Source: an uncultured Christensenella sp.
GTDB lineage: Bacteria; Bacillota; Clostridia; Christensenellales; Christensenellaceae
Direction of reading: 5' to 3'
DNA: 64,000 nt
Assembly: GCA_964464145.1 (NCBI GenBank)
Contig: CAYXFB010000001.1
Location: 55,132-119,131, forward strand
Shown here: positions 8,558-16,850 of the stretch, one piece after another
Position numbering within the stretch: the first letter of the stretch is position 1
Layout of the letters: the number at the start of each line of letters is the position of its first letter
Notes under the pieces: generated by a model
What the model was told of the DNA's origin: nothing
Databases searched by the model: none
The model's input: only the letters and a program-made list of their open reading frames with translations
Translations under genes and position numbers: made by a program

Positions 8558-10051
8558 ATGCCTGAAACATTGATGGATATAAAGGGTATAAGCAAGGAAT
8601 TTCCCGGCGTTAAGGCGCTTTCGGACGTTAGCTTTTCCATATACAAGGGCGAGGTGCGCGGGCTGGTTGGCGAAAACGGCGCGGGCAAATCCACACTCAT
8701 AAAAACTATAATGGGCGTACACAGGCAGAGCGCGGGTGAGATAGATTATTATTACGACGGCAAGGCGGTGCACATCGCCAATCCGATGGACGCGGGCAAA
8801 AAAGGCCTGCTGGCAGACTATCAGGATATAGCCGTGGCGCGCGAGCTTTCCATAACAGAAAACTTTTTCATGGGCAGGCTGCTCACAAAGAACGGCATTG
8901 TAGACTGGAAAACCATGCACGAGACCACGCAGAAAATGCTGGAGGAATTCGGCATAGGCCATATAGACACGAATAGCAAAATAAGCTCTCTTTCGCTTGC
9001 GAAGCAGGCCATGGTGGTCATTTGCAAGCTGGTGAACGATAACCCGAGAATGATAATATTCGACGAGCCCACCGCCGTGCTTACCGCCGAGGACAGCGAA
9101 ATACTGTTCGGCGCGATAGCAAAGCTGAAGGCGAAGGGCGTAAGCATACTGTATATTTCGCACAGGCTGGAGGAGATACTGGAGCTGTGCGACAACATAA
9201 CCGTGCTCAAGGACGGCAGCACCGTGGGCACCTACAAAACGGACACGCTGGACGAAAACAAGCTGATCGCCCTCATGGTGGGGCGGGACGTGGGAGATAT
9301 GTATAACATAAAGCGCGCCGCCAAAAAAGAGGTGGTGCTGCGCGTGAAAAATTTGCAGGGCGCGGGCTTCAAAGATATTTCCTTTGATGTGAAGAAGGGC
9401 GAGATAGTGGGCCTTTTCGGGCTGGTGGGCGCGGGCCGCACGGAGATAGTGCGCGCCATATTCGGCGCGGACAAAATAGAGAGCGGCAGCATAGAGATAG
9501 ACGGAGTGGAGTTCAAAAAGATGACGCCTCTTCTGGCGCTGAAAAACGGCCTGGGCCTCGCCACGGAGGACAGGCGAAACCAGGGGCTTGCAACGGCGCT
9601 CTCGGTGGAGCTCAATATAAACTCGGCCTCGTACGACCTCATAAGCAAATGCGGGATCATAAACCTAAAGAAGGAAAAGGAACGGGCGCTTGATTATAAA
9701 GAAAAAATGCTCATAAAAACGCCCACCGTAAAGCAATTGGTAAAAAACCTTTCGGGCGGCAACCAGCAAAAGGTGGTGCTTTCCAAGCTGCTGTGCAGAG
9801 ACCCCAAGGTAATGATATTCGACGAGCCTACAGTGGGTATAGACGTGGGCGCGAAAACGGAGATTTATTCGCTCATAGAAAGCCTCACGGGCGAGGGCAA
9901 GGCGGTGATCGTGATCTCCTCTTATATGCCGGAGCTTATGGGGCTTGCGGACAGAGTGCTCATAATCACAAACGGCAGGATATCGGGCGAGATATCGCGC
10001 GAGGAGCTGAACGAGGAGCTGCTTTTGAAATACGCTTCCAACATGATGTAG
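8558..10051 (+). CDS. sugar ABC transporter ATP-binding protein (two fused ABC domains)
   Basis: Walker A GENGAGKST and GLVGAGRT, signatures LSLAKQ and LSGGNQQK. RbsA/MglA-type layout. Confidence 0.9.
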   Translation: MPETLMDIKGISKEFPGVKALSDVSFSIYKGEVRGLVGENGAGKSTLIKTIMGVHRQSAGEIDYYYDGKAVHIANPMDAGKKGLLADYQDIAVARELSITENFFMGRLLTKNGIVDWKTMHETTQKMLEEFGIGHIDTNSKISSLSLAKQAMVVICKLVNDNPRMIIFDEPTAVLTAEDSEILFGAIAKLKAKGVSILYISHRLEEILELCDNITVLKDGSTVGTYKTDTLDENKLIALMVGRDVGDMYNIKRAAKKEVVLRVKNLQGAGFKDISFDVKKGEIVGLFGLVGAGRTEIVRAIFGADKIESGSIEIDGVEFKKMTPLLALKNGLGLATEDRRNQGLATALSVELNINSASYDLISKCGIINLKKEKERALDYKEKMLIKTPTVKQLVKNLSGGNQQKVVLSKLLCRDPKVMIFDEPTVGIDVGAKTEIYSLIESLTGEGKAVIVISSYMPELMGLADRVLIITNGRISGEISREELNEELLLKYASNMM

Positions 10052-10070
10052 AAAAAAGGGGTTTAATGTA

Positions 10071-11036
10071 ATGAATAATATAAAATCTGCGTCCGGCAAG
10101 CTAAAGGCCAAAACAGAATTGATGCTGTTTATCATAATAGCTGTGTTCTTTGTGTTTTTGCTCATAGCCACGCCAAACTTTAAAGACCAGGACAACCTTA
10201 TGAACATACTGCGCCAGGGCTCCATAAACGGCGTAATAGCGGTGGCGGCTACCATAGTAATAATCACGGGCGGCATAGACCTCTCCGTGGGCGCGGTGGC
10301 CGGGCTTTCGGCCATGGTTGTGGCGCTCATGCTCAAGGCCGGCTACGATATACCCATATCCATAATCTGCGCGTTGGGCGCGGGCACGCTGGTGGGGCTT
10401 TATAACGGCGTTATAATACACGAAACAAAGATAGCGCCCTTCATAGCCACGCTGGGTACCATGACCATCGTGCGCGGTATCGTCAAGATAATAAGCAACG
10501 CCAAAACAATAAACGGTTTTCCGGACGAATTCAACAATTTCGCACAGACGAATGTGGGCGGAGTGCTGCCCGCGCTGTCCATAATATGGATACTGGTGTG
10601 CGTTGCCACATTCCTTTTGTTTAAGTATACAAAGTTTGGCAGGAATGTGTACGTTATAGGCAGCGGCGGCGAGGTGGCCAAGCTGTGCGGTATAAACGTG
10701 CGCAAAAACATATACGGCGTATACATATACGCGGCGCTGCTCTGCTCTATAGCGGGAATAATGCTTACCTCACGCGTTTCCTCCGCCGTACCCACGGGCG
10801 GTCAGGGCTACGAGATGAACGCCATAGCCGCGGCCGTAATTGGCGGCGCCAGCCTTTCGGGCGCGCGCGGCACGGTGCTGGGCACCTTCCTTGGCACGCT
10901 TCTCATAACGCTCATAAACAACGGCGGCATACATCTGAAGATAGACCCCTTCGTTATGGAGGTGATCACGGGCATAATCATAACGGTTGCCGTGGTGCTG
11001 GATCAATTGAGAAACAGAAGCGGCGCAAAGAGCTGA
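10071..11036 (+). CDS. sugar ABC transporter permease (RbsC-like)
   Basis: 321-aa polytopic ORF with a BPD_transp_2-like pattern (GGIDLSVGA, IGGASLSGARG). Confidence 0.85.
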   Translation: MNNIKSASGKLKAKTELMLFIIIAVFFVFLLIATPNFKDQDNLMNILRQGSINGVIAVAATIVIITGGIDLSVGAVAGLSAMVVALMLKAGYDIPISIICALGAGTLVGLYNGVIIHETKIAPFIATLGTMTIVRGIVKIISNAKTINGFPDEFNNFAQTNVGGVLPALSIIWILVCVATFLLFKYTKFGRNVYVIGSGGEVAKLCGINVRKNIYGVYIYAALLCSIAGIMLTSRVSSAVPTGGQGYEMNAIAAAVIGGASLSGARGTVLGTFLGTLLITLINNGGIHLKIDPFVMEVITGIIITVAVVLDQLRNRSGAKS

Positions 11037-11073
11037 AAATATATACACACAAACTAAATTTGCGGAGGAAACA

Positions 11074-11817
11074 ATGTTTGACTTTAGTCTGATACAAAAC
11101 AAAGAAATTGCCGACAAGGTGCGGGAGGAGGCGCGCGTCTTCATGGGAAGATGCCACTTTGGCACACAGGGCATAGCCAAAACGGAAACGGACGTTATAA
11201 ACGCCGTGAACAAGCTGCGTGATTCCGGCTTTTTATCCATAGCCTTTGATACCGAGATGGTATACGTGCCGCTGGCGCTTGAGCTGCTGGAGGGAAAGAT
11301 ACCCGTTCACGCGGCGGTCTCCTACCCCATGGGGCGCATGACGCTCAGCAAAAAGCTCAAGGACCTTGAGCGGCTGCACAGCCTGGGCGTGCGTGATACC
11401 TGCGTTTGCCTGGATTGGCAGGCCATATTCTCGGGAGAGTATGACATAATAGAAAACGAGGCGAGGGAGATAATGCGCCGCTTTGGAGATTCCTTCATAA
11501 AGCTGGCCTTCGTCATACCAGCCACGCTCATGAGCGATACGGAGATGATAGCCTGCCTTAGGGCGCTGGACGCCGCGGGCATAGTTTCCGTGAAGGTGAA
11601 CCCGGGCGCCAAGCTGGGCGTTTCGTATGAGGAAGTGGCGCTAATAAACCGAAATTTCCCGAGTCGGTTCGATATACACCCCTCGGGCAATATACGCACA
11701 CTGGGTGATGTGGAGCGTTATTTGGAGCTTGGCTGCGACAATATACATACCGTTTCCTCGCTTGAGATAACGGAGGAATTCATAAAAAGACAGCTCAGCA
11801 GATACGGAGGAATGTGA
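11074..11817 (+). CDS. DeoC/LacD-family class I aldolase-fold protein (paralogue 1)
   Basis: TIM-barrel aldolase-like blocks. SVKVNPGA aligns by eye with the DeoC Schiff-base segment FIKTSTGK. RBS GGAGG. Confidence 0.6.
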   Translation: MFDFSLIQNKEIADKVREEARVFMGRCHFGTQGIAKTETDVINAVNKLRDSGFLSIAFDTEMVYVPLALELLEGKIPVHAAVSYPMGRMTLSKKLKDLERLHSLGVRDTCVCLDWQAIFSGEYDIIENEAREIMRRFGDSFIKLAFVIPATLMSDTEMIACLRALDAAGIVSVKVNPGAKLGVSYEEVALINRNFPSRFDIHPSGNIRTLGDVERYLELGCDNIHTVSSLEITEEFIKRQLSRYGGM

Positions 11818-11820
11818 CAC

Positions 11821-12474
11821 ATGGCAAACACGGATATAAAAGCAAAGCTCATACTTTCAAACATACAAAACTACAAGGTGGACAATAAGGACTGTGAAAA
11901 CATCTGCCTCAAGGCCATGAACTACGGCATAGGTCGCGTGCTGGTGCAGCCCTCCTCCGTGCCGCTGGTGAAAAAGCTGCTGGCGGGCAGCGCCGTATCG
12001 GTTGGCGTGGCCATAAGCTACCCCTCCGGCGCGTATTTCGCGGACGCCAAGGCGGAGGAGATAGCCGAGCAGGTGGATATAAACCCCGAGGTGGCGGAGT
12101 TTTACGTCGTTATGGCGGTGGGCAGGTATTTGAGCGGCTACACATCAGAGGCCGAGCAGGAGATGCGGGTCTGCTGCGAGGCGGCGGCGGGCAGGGACGT
12201 ATATTTCGTGCTGGAAAGCGCGGTGCTGAGCGCGGAGCAGCTTGCCGAAATAGCGGCTATAGCCAAAAAAAGCGGCATAAAAGGCCTTGTGGACACCACG
12301 GGCTTTAGACCCTACGACATACCCTTCCCCACAGCAGCGGATACCAAAAAAACGGCGGACGCAGCGCACGGGCTGAAGGTGATAGCGAACGGCCTTTTGG
12401 GCAGCATGGCGGACGCGGAGGAAAAGATGAAGGCGGGCGCGGACGAAGTTATTATAATAAATTGTGATTTTTGA
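11821..12474 (+). CDS. DeoC-family aldolase-fold protein (paralogue 2, divergent active site)
   Basis: VLVQPSSVPLVKKLL and ISYPSG blocks resemble DeoC. LVDTTGF sits where DeoC has FIKTSTG. RBS GGAGG. Confidence 0.6.
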   Translation: MANTDIKAKLILSNIQNYKVDNKDCENICLKAMNYGIGRVLVQPSSVPLVKKLLAGSAVSVGVAISYPSGAYFADAKAEEIAEQVDINPEVAEFYVVMAVGRYLSGYTSEAEQEMRVCCEAAAGRDVYFVLESAVLSAEQLAEIAAIAKKSGIKGLVDTTGFRPYDIPFPTAADTKKTADAAHGLKVIANGLLGSMADAEEKMKAGADEVIIINCDF

Positions 12475-12510
12475 TAAAATGAGATCACAACTAATGTTTT
12501 GGAGGCAGCT

Positions 12511-14034
12511 ATGGGCAAGTATTTGATAGGTATAGATCTTGGAACGCAGAGCATACGCACGCATTTATATGACGAGGACGCAAATCTGGTGTGCTCCGCC
12601 AGCCAGCCGCACAATGTGGACACGCCAAAGCCAAACTGGATAACGCAAAAGGCCTCCACTTGGTGGGGCATAGTCACTCAGAACATAAAGCAGATCATTG
12701 CGCAAAGCGGCGTTGATCCGGCGGAGATAGCGGCAATAGGCTGCTGCGCGCACATGCACGGCAGCACGGCCATAACGGCGGACAGAAAAACGGTGGTGGA
12801 CGATACGCCGCTCTACAGCGACAGACGCACCGCGGATATTTCGCGCGAGCTCAAGAGCCGCGAAAATTACGCGCAGATGTTTGAAATAGCGGGCAATCCG
12901 CCCGCGCCCAGCTGGTTTGGGCTCAAGATAGCATGGATAAAACAAAACATGCCCGAGGTGTACGAGCGGGCGTATAAATTTGTCACGCCCAAGGATTACA
13001 TAAACTATAAGCTTACGGGCGCGGCCTGCATAGACCCGTCCGAGGCCTCGGGTGCGTATTTGATGGACAGAAAAACGGACAAATGGTCTGATACGCTAAT
13101 CAAAAATCTGGGCATAGACGCGGAAAAGCTGCCCGAGATAAAGCAATCCAGCGAGATCGTGGGTTATGTTTGCGCGGAGGCGGCCGCCGAAACCGGTCTC
13201 AGCGAAAGGACGGCCGTGGTGTGCGGAGGCGGCGACATGCTTTGTTTGCTATATACGTCAGGGCTCACGCAAAAGGGCACCGTGGTGGATATAAACGGCA
13301 CGGGCTCAGTGGTTTGCTATTACACGAACGAGCCCATAATGGACGACAGAATAATGAACCTGCGCCACGTCATACCCGGCTGGGTACCCTTCGGCAACAA
13401 CGATTCTTCGGGCGCGGCCTTCCGCTGGCTGCGTGACAACCTCGCCAAGGATGAGGTAAAATATGCCAGACAAAACGGCATGGACGAATATGACTATCTT
13501 TGCAAGCTGGCCGCGCAGACCAAACCGGGCGCGGACGGGCTGCTCTTCATGCCCTATATGGCGGGCGAGCGCACACTGGGCAGCCAGCACTCTAAGGGCA
13601 GCTACGTGGGCATAAGCCATTCCACCACGGTGGGGCACCTTGTGCGCGCCATGCTGGAGGGCGTGGCGCTGGAGTTCCGGCGCACCTTCGAGATATTCGA
13701 AAGCTCGGGCGCGAACATAGAGCGCGTTTTCCACGTTTCGGGCGGCTCCAAGGGTTCTTTTTGGAATCAGGTGAAGGCGGATGTGTACGGCCTGCCTCTT
13801 TATACACTCAAGGTGGACGAGGGCGGCGTGCTGGGCGCGGCGCTGCTTGCTGGCCTTGCCACGGGCATATTCGGCGACGCGGCGCAGGCAGCCGAGGCCG
13901 TGCTGCAAATAGACAGGGAATATCTGCCCAACCCGCAAAACAACGCTTTTTACAAGGAGCTGTATCAGGTGTTCTGCGAAACGCACGACAGCCTGCAAAA
14001 GCCCTATATAGACCTCGCAAGGTTCAGAGATTGA
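12511..14034 (+). CDS. FGGY-family carbohydrate kinase
   Basis: N-terminal IGIDLGTQS and C-terminal GGGSKGSFWNQ motifs. ATG 12511 is preferred over the upstream TTG because GGAGG lies at 12501-12505. Confidence 0.9.
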   Translation: MGKYLIGIDLGTQSIRTHLYDEDANLVCSASQPHNVDTPKPNWITQKASTWWGIVTQNIKQIIAQSGVDPAEIAAIGCCAHMHGSTAITADRKTVVDDTPLYSDRRTADISRELKSRENYAQMFEIAGNPPAPSWFGLKIAWIKQNMPEVYERAYKFVTPKDYINYKLTGAACIDPSEASGAYLMDRKTDKWSDTLIKNLGIDAEKLPEIKQSSEIVGYVCAEAAAETGLSERTAVVCGGGDMLCLLYTSGLTQKGTVVDINGTGSVVCYYTNEPIMDDRIMNLRHVIPGWVPFGNNDSSGAAFRWLRDNLAKDEVKYARQNGMDEYDYLCKLAAQTKPGADGLLFMPYMAGERTLGSQHSKGSYVGISHSTTVGHLVRAMLEGVALEFRRTFEIFESSGANIERVFHVSGGSKGSFWNQVKADVYGLPLYTLKVDEGGVLGAALLAGLATGIFGDAAQAAEAVLQIDREYLPNPQNNAFYKELYQVFCETHDSLQKPYIDLARFRD

Positions 14035-14057
14035 TGTAGGGCAATACCGAGCGCAAT

Positions 14058-14096
14058 AAAAGCCGTTCTCGCCAATTTGGCATCGAACGGCTTTTT
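14058..14096. terminator. bidirectional intrinsic terminator
   Basis: aaaagccgttc ... gaacggcttttt, with an A-tract upstream and a T-tract downstream, between convergent genes. Confidence 0.7.
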
Positions 14097-14197
14097 GTTA
14101 TACATCAGAGCCTGCGCCGCTATAGATTCCATCCTTTTTATCGTTCGTGCGCCTCCGAAAGCGGCGGTGCCGGTGGTTTTATGTACGCAAAAGTTTT

Positions 14198-15406
14198 TTA
14201 CGCCGCAGGGGTTGCGAACGCTGCCGGCGAAGCGGTTTCTCCCGGTGCCGCCGACTTTTCGGGCGTTGCGAAAGGCGTGGGCACGGGCGGAGGCGTTGCC
14301 GAGGGCAGCGCCTCCGCCATTTTCTGCGCCGCCTCTGCGTTTTCGCTTACCAATGCGGGTCTATCCTCCAGCATGGCGATCACCGCCTCCGCTGTCTCGT
14401 TGGGGAAAAACTGATGCAAATAGTGCCCGCCCTCCATCGTTATTATCTGCTTGCGCGCGGTAGACGTTTCACCCTCGCCTATCCAGGCCTGCTGCGCGGT
14501 CAGCTTTGCCGCCAGCGCTTCCTCGTATGCGGTCACGGCGGCCTCGTCCTTTGGGTCTATGTTGTCCGGCATTTGCGCGCTCTGGTACATGAGCAGCGTT
14601 ATGGGCAGGTCGCCCGCGAAGGGCTTTTCCGCGAGGGATGTGGCGTTCGCCGCCAGCGCTCCCGCCTCCGCCTGTACCGTGGGGTTGTAGTAGCCCGTTT
14701 GGTAAAAATATTTATCCATAAATCTATAATAGTCGTTCAGATAAACGAGGCCGTTGCGGTCGCCCCAGGACATATTTTCTATTATGGGCGGGTAAACGGT
14801 GCCCAGCGCGCGCAGCACGCCAAACAGCCTCAGCACGGGCATCATGCTTTGCAGCGCTCCTGTTGAGGGCGGGTTCGCCGTAAGAAGCGAGGGCGCAAGC
14901 GAATCTATGAGCACCACGCCATAAACGTCGTCAGGGTACATATTCGAATAGAGATCGGCCTCAAGACCCGCTTCGCCGTGCGCCACCAGCAGATATGGCG
15001 GGTTTATTCCCGCCTGCGCCAACCCCAGCTTATATTCATCCACAATGTTTTCGAGAGAGCGTTCCTTGCCGCTGCCATCGCTCCAGCCGTAGCCCGGCCT
15101 TTCGGGCACGGCCACAAAATTATCCTCCGCCAATATGCGCCACACCGGGTAAAAATCCGCAACCGGAGCGGGCGTTCCCAGCCCGGACAGCATTATAACG
15201 GCGGGATCGCCCGCCTGCCGCTCGCCCGTGGCAAAAACATGCATATTTGCGCCGCCCACGTCCACCATTTGGCCGTATGGCGTATAGGCTTCAGCCTCCA
15301 GCCTTGTGGTCATATCGTTCCAGACCACGCCCGTAACCAGCACCAAAGCGACTATGACTAATATAGCTATTGGCGCTTTGCTTCGTTTCTTCTTTTCTTT
15401 CTCCAT
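14198..15406 (-). CDS. membrane-anchored alpha/beta-hydrolase-fold protein
   Basis: N-terminal TM segment, blocks VIMLSGLG / LLVAHGEAG / VVLIDS, and a Pro/Ala-rich C-terminal tail. RBS GGTGGAG. Confidence 0.65.
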   Translation of the reverse strand: MEKEKKKRSKAPIAILVIVALVLVTGVVWNDMTTRLEAEAYTPYGQMVDVGGANMHVFATGERQAGDPAVIMLSGLGTPAPVADFYPVWRILAEDNFVAVPERPGYGWSDGSGKERSLENIVDEYKLGLAQAGINPPYLLVAHGEAGLEADLYSNMYPDDVYGVVLIDSLAPSLLTANPPSTGALQSMMPVLRLFGVLRALGTVYPPIIENMSWGDRNGLVYLNDYYRFMDKYFYQTGYYNPTVQAEAGALAANATSLAEKPFAGDLPITLLMYQSAQMPDNIDPKDEAAVTAYEEALAAKLTAQQAWIGEGETSTARKQIITMEGGHYLHQFFPNETAEAVIAMLEDRPALVSENAEAAQKMAEALPSATPPPVPTPFATPEKSAAPGETASPAAFATPAA

Positions 15407-15482
15407 TATTGCGCTCCACCTGCGGCGTTATTATGAGAATCTATATATTTGATGTTTTCATTATATTATTTATAAGCAATGT

Positions 15483-16043
15483 TTGCAAGGCGCGGACAAT
15501 AATGTGTTCCGCGAGTCCACAATGGTGTATAATACTATCATGAATGATATTTTGAGATTTGTGCTGGTGGCCGTGCTTGTTGTGGCGGCGGTCAACTTTA
15601 TAGTATACGCAGCCAGAAACGAACGCGTCAAGGTCATAGACATAGAAAAGGATTTCACCGTGCGCTACCCGCGCGTGTACCTCTTTATATGCATAGTTTT
15701 TTTCCTGCTGGTTTCCGTGCTGCTTTTAAACATGCTGGTATGGCGGAGCATAGGCGCGCTGGCGCTTGTTTTGACCATTGTGCTGGCCGCGCTGGGCGTT
15801 CCCTTTTTGCTGCTCTCCGTTGTGTGGAAAATAAAGGTGCGCCCCGAATATATAATATACGTTTCGGCCATAGGCGCGAAAAAGCAGATATATTACAAGG
15901 ATATAAGCAAGGCGCTTTTAACGAGATCCACGCTCATACTGTTCACCACACTGCGCATATACCGCCTAAGCCCCAATCTTATGTATTGCGAATACTTTTT
16001 GAAGCGGCTCAACATTAACGGAGTGGAGATAGAGCGGCGGTAG
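15483..16043 (+). CDS. hypothetical membrane protein
   Basis: Three predicted TM segments and no recognisable family. The start is uncertain: in-frame ATGs at 15522 and 15540, and TATAAT at 15528-15533 would make 15540 near-leaderless. Confidence 0.45.
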   Translation: MQGADNNVFRESTMVYNTIMNDILRFVLVAVLVVAAVNFIVYAARNERVKVIDIEKDFTVRYPRVYLFICIVFFLLVSVLLLNMLVWRSIGALALVLTIVLAALGVPFLLLSVVWKIKVRPEYIIYVSAIGAKKQIYYKDISKALLTRSTLILFTTLRIYRLSPNLMYCEYFLKRLNINGVEIERR

Positions 16044-16141
16044 GTCATTATTTACAAAGAGGTCATTGCATTGGCTGTAAGTTATTGGTATAGTATAGTA
16101 TAAATTACGCGATAATACAGTAAAAAAGAGAGGTTTTATAT

Positions 16142-16684
16142 ATGAATATTTGGCACGATATGGATCGGGATAGAATAAAGAGCGATGATTTTGTAAGCGT
16201 TATAGAGATACAGAAGGGCGGAAAATCCAAATACGAGCTGGATAAGGAAACGGGTATGCTAAAGCTGGATCGTGTGCTTTTCACCTCCACGGTATATCCG
16301 GCAAACTACGGCTTCATCCCGCGCACCTACGCTGAGGACAACGATCCCCTGGACGTGCTGGTTATATGCTCTGAGGTGATATTCCCCATGTCTATGGTGC
16401 AGTGCTACCCCATAGGCGTTATAAAAATGATAGACGACGAGCAGAACGACGAAAAAATAATCGCCATACCCTTCGGCGATCCCATGTATAACGGCTACCG
16501 CGATGTAAACGCGCTGCCCGCGCATATATTGGAGGAGATGACGCACTTTTTCGAGGTGTATAAATCGCTGGAGCACAAAACCACCACCGTGCACGAGGTG
16601 CGCGGCCGCCAGCACGCCATAGAGGTGATAGAGAGCTGTATGCAGCGCTATGACGAAAAATTCGGCGCGCCGGAGGCGGAATAG
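16142..16684 (+). CDS. ppa: inorganic pyrophosphatase (family I)
   Basis: Motifs KYELDKETG, YPANYGFIP, DPLDVLV, DEKIIA. Confidence 0.93.
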   Translation: MNIWHDMDRDRIKSDDFVSVIEIQKGGKSKYELDKETGMLKLDRVLFTSTVYPANYGFIPRTYAEDNDPLDVLVICSEVIFPMSMVQCYPIGVIKMIDDEQNDEKIIAIPFGDPMYNGYRDVNALPAHILEEMTHFFEVYKSLEHKTTTVHEVRGRQHAIEVIESCMQRYDEKFGAPEAE

Positions 16685-16689
16685 GTTAT

Positions 16690-16850
16690 AGGCAACACCG
16701 CACAATTCGAGTAAGCCGTAATCGCGCGCTTTTTTACGCAATGCTTCGTCCAAAATGCTCGAAATAGCTCTGCTATTCTTGCGCTTTTGTCCTTGCATAG
16801 CCTAAAAAATCATCACGATTCCGGTTGCTCTCATTTGTGCGATATTGCCT
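16690..16850. repeat. 161-bp TIR-bearing imperfect-palindromic element, copy A (MITE-like)
   Basis: Its reverse complement matches 43628-43788 at 147/161 positions, ungapped (hand alignment). Terminal inverted repeat aggcaacaccgcacaa / ttgtgcgatattgcct. Fills the gap between two convergent stop codons. Confidence 0.85.

Noticed and set aside
14038-14056. ggcaatacc after the FGGY stop resembles the terminus of the 161-bp element (also gcaataccgc near 37903)
   Set aside because: Only about 9 nt match and there is no partner inverted repeat. This is compatible with chance.
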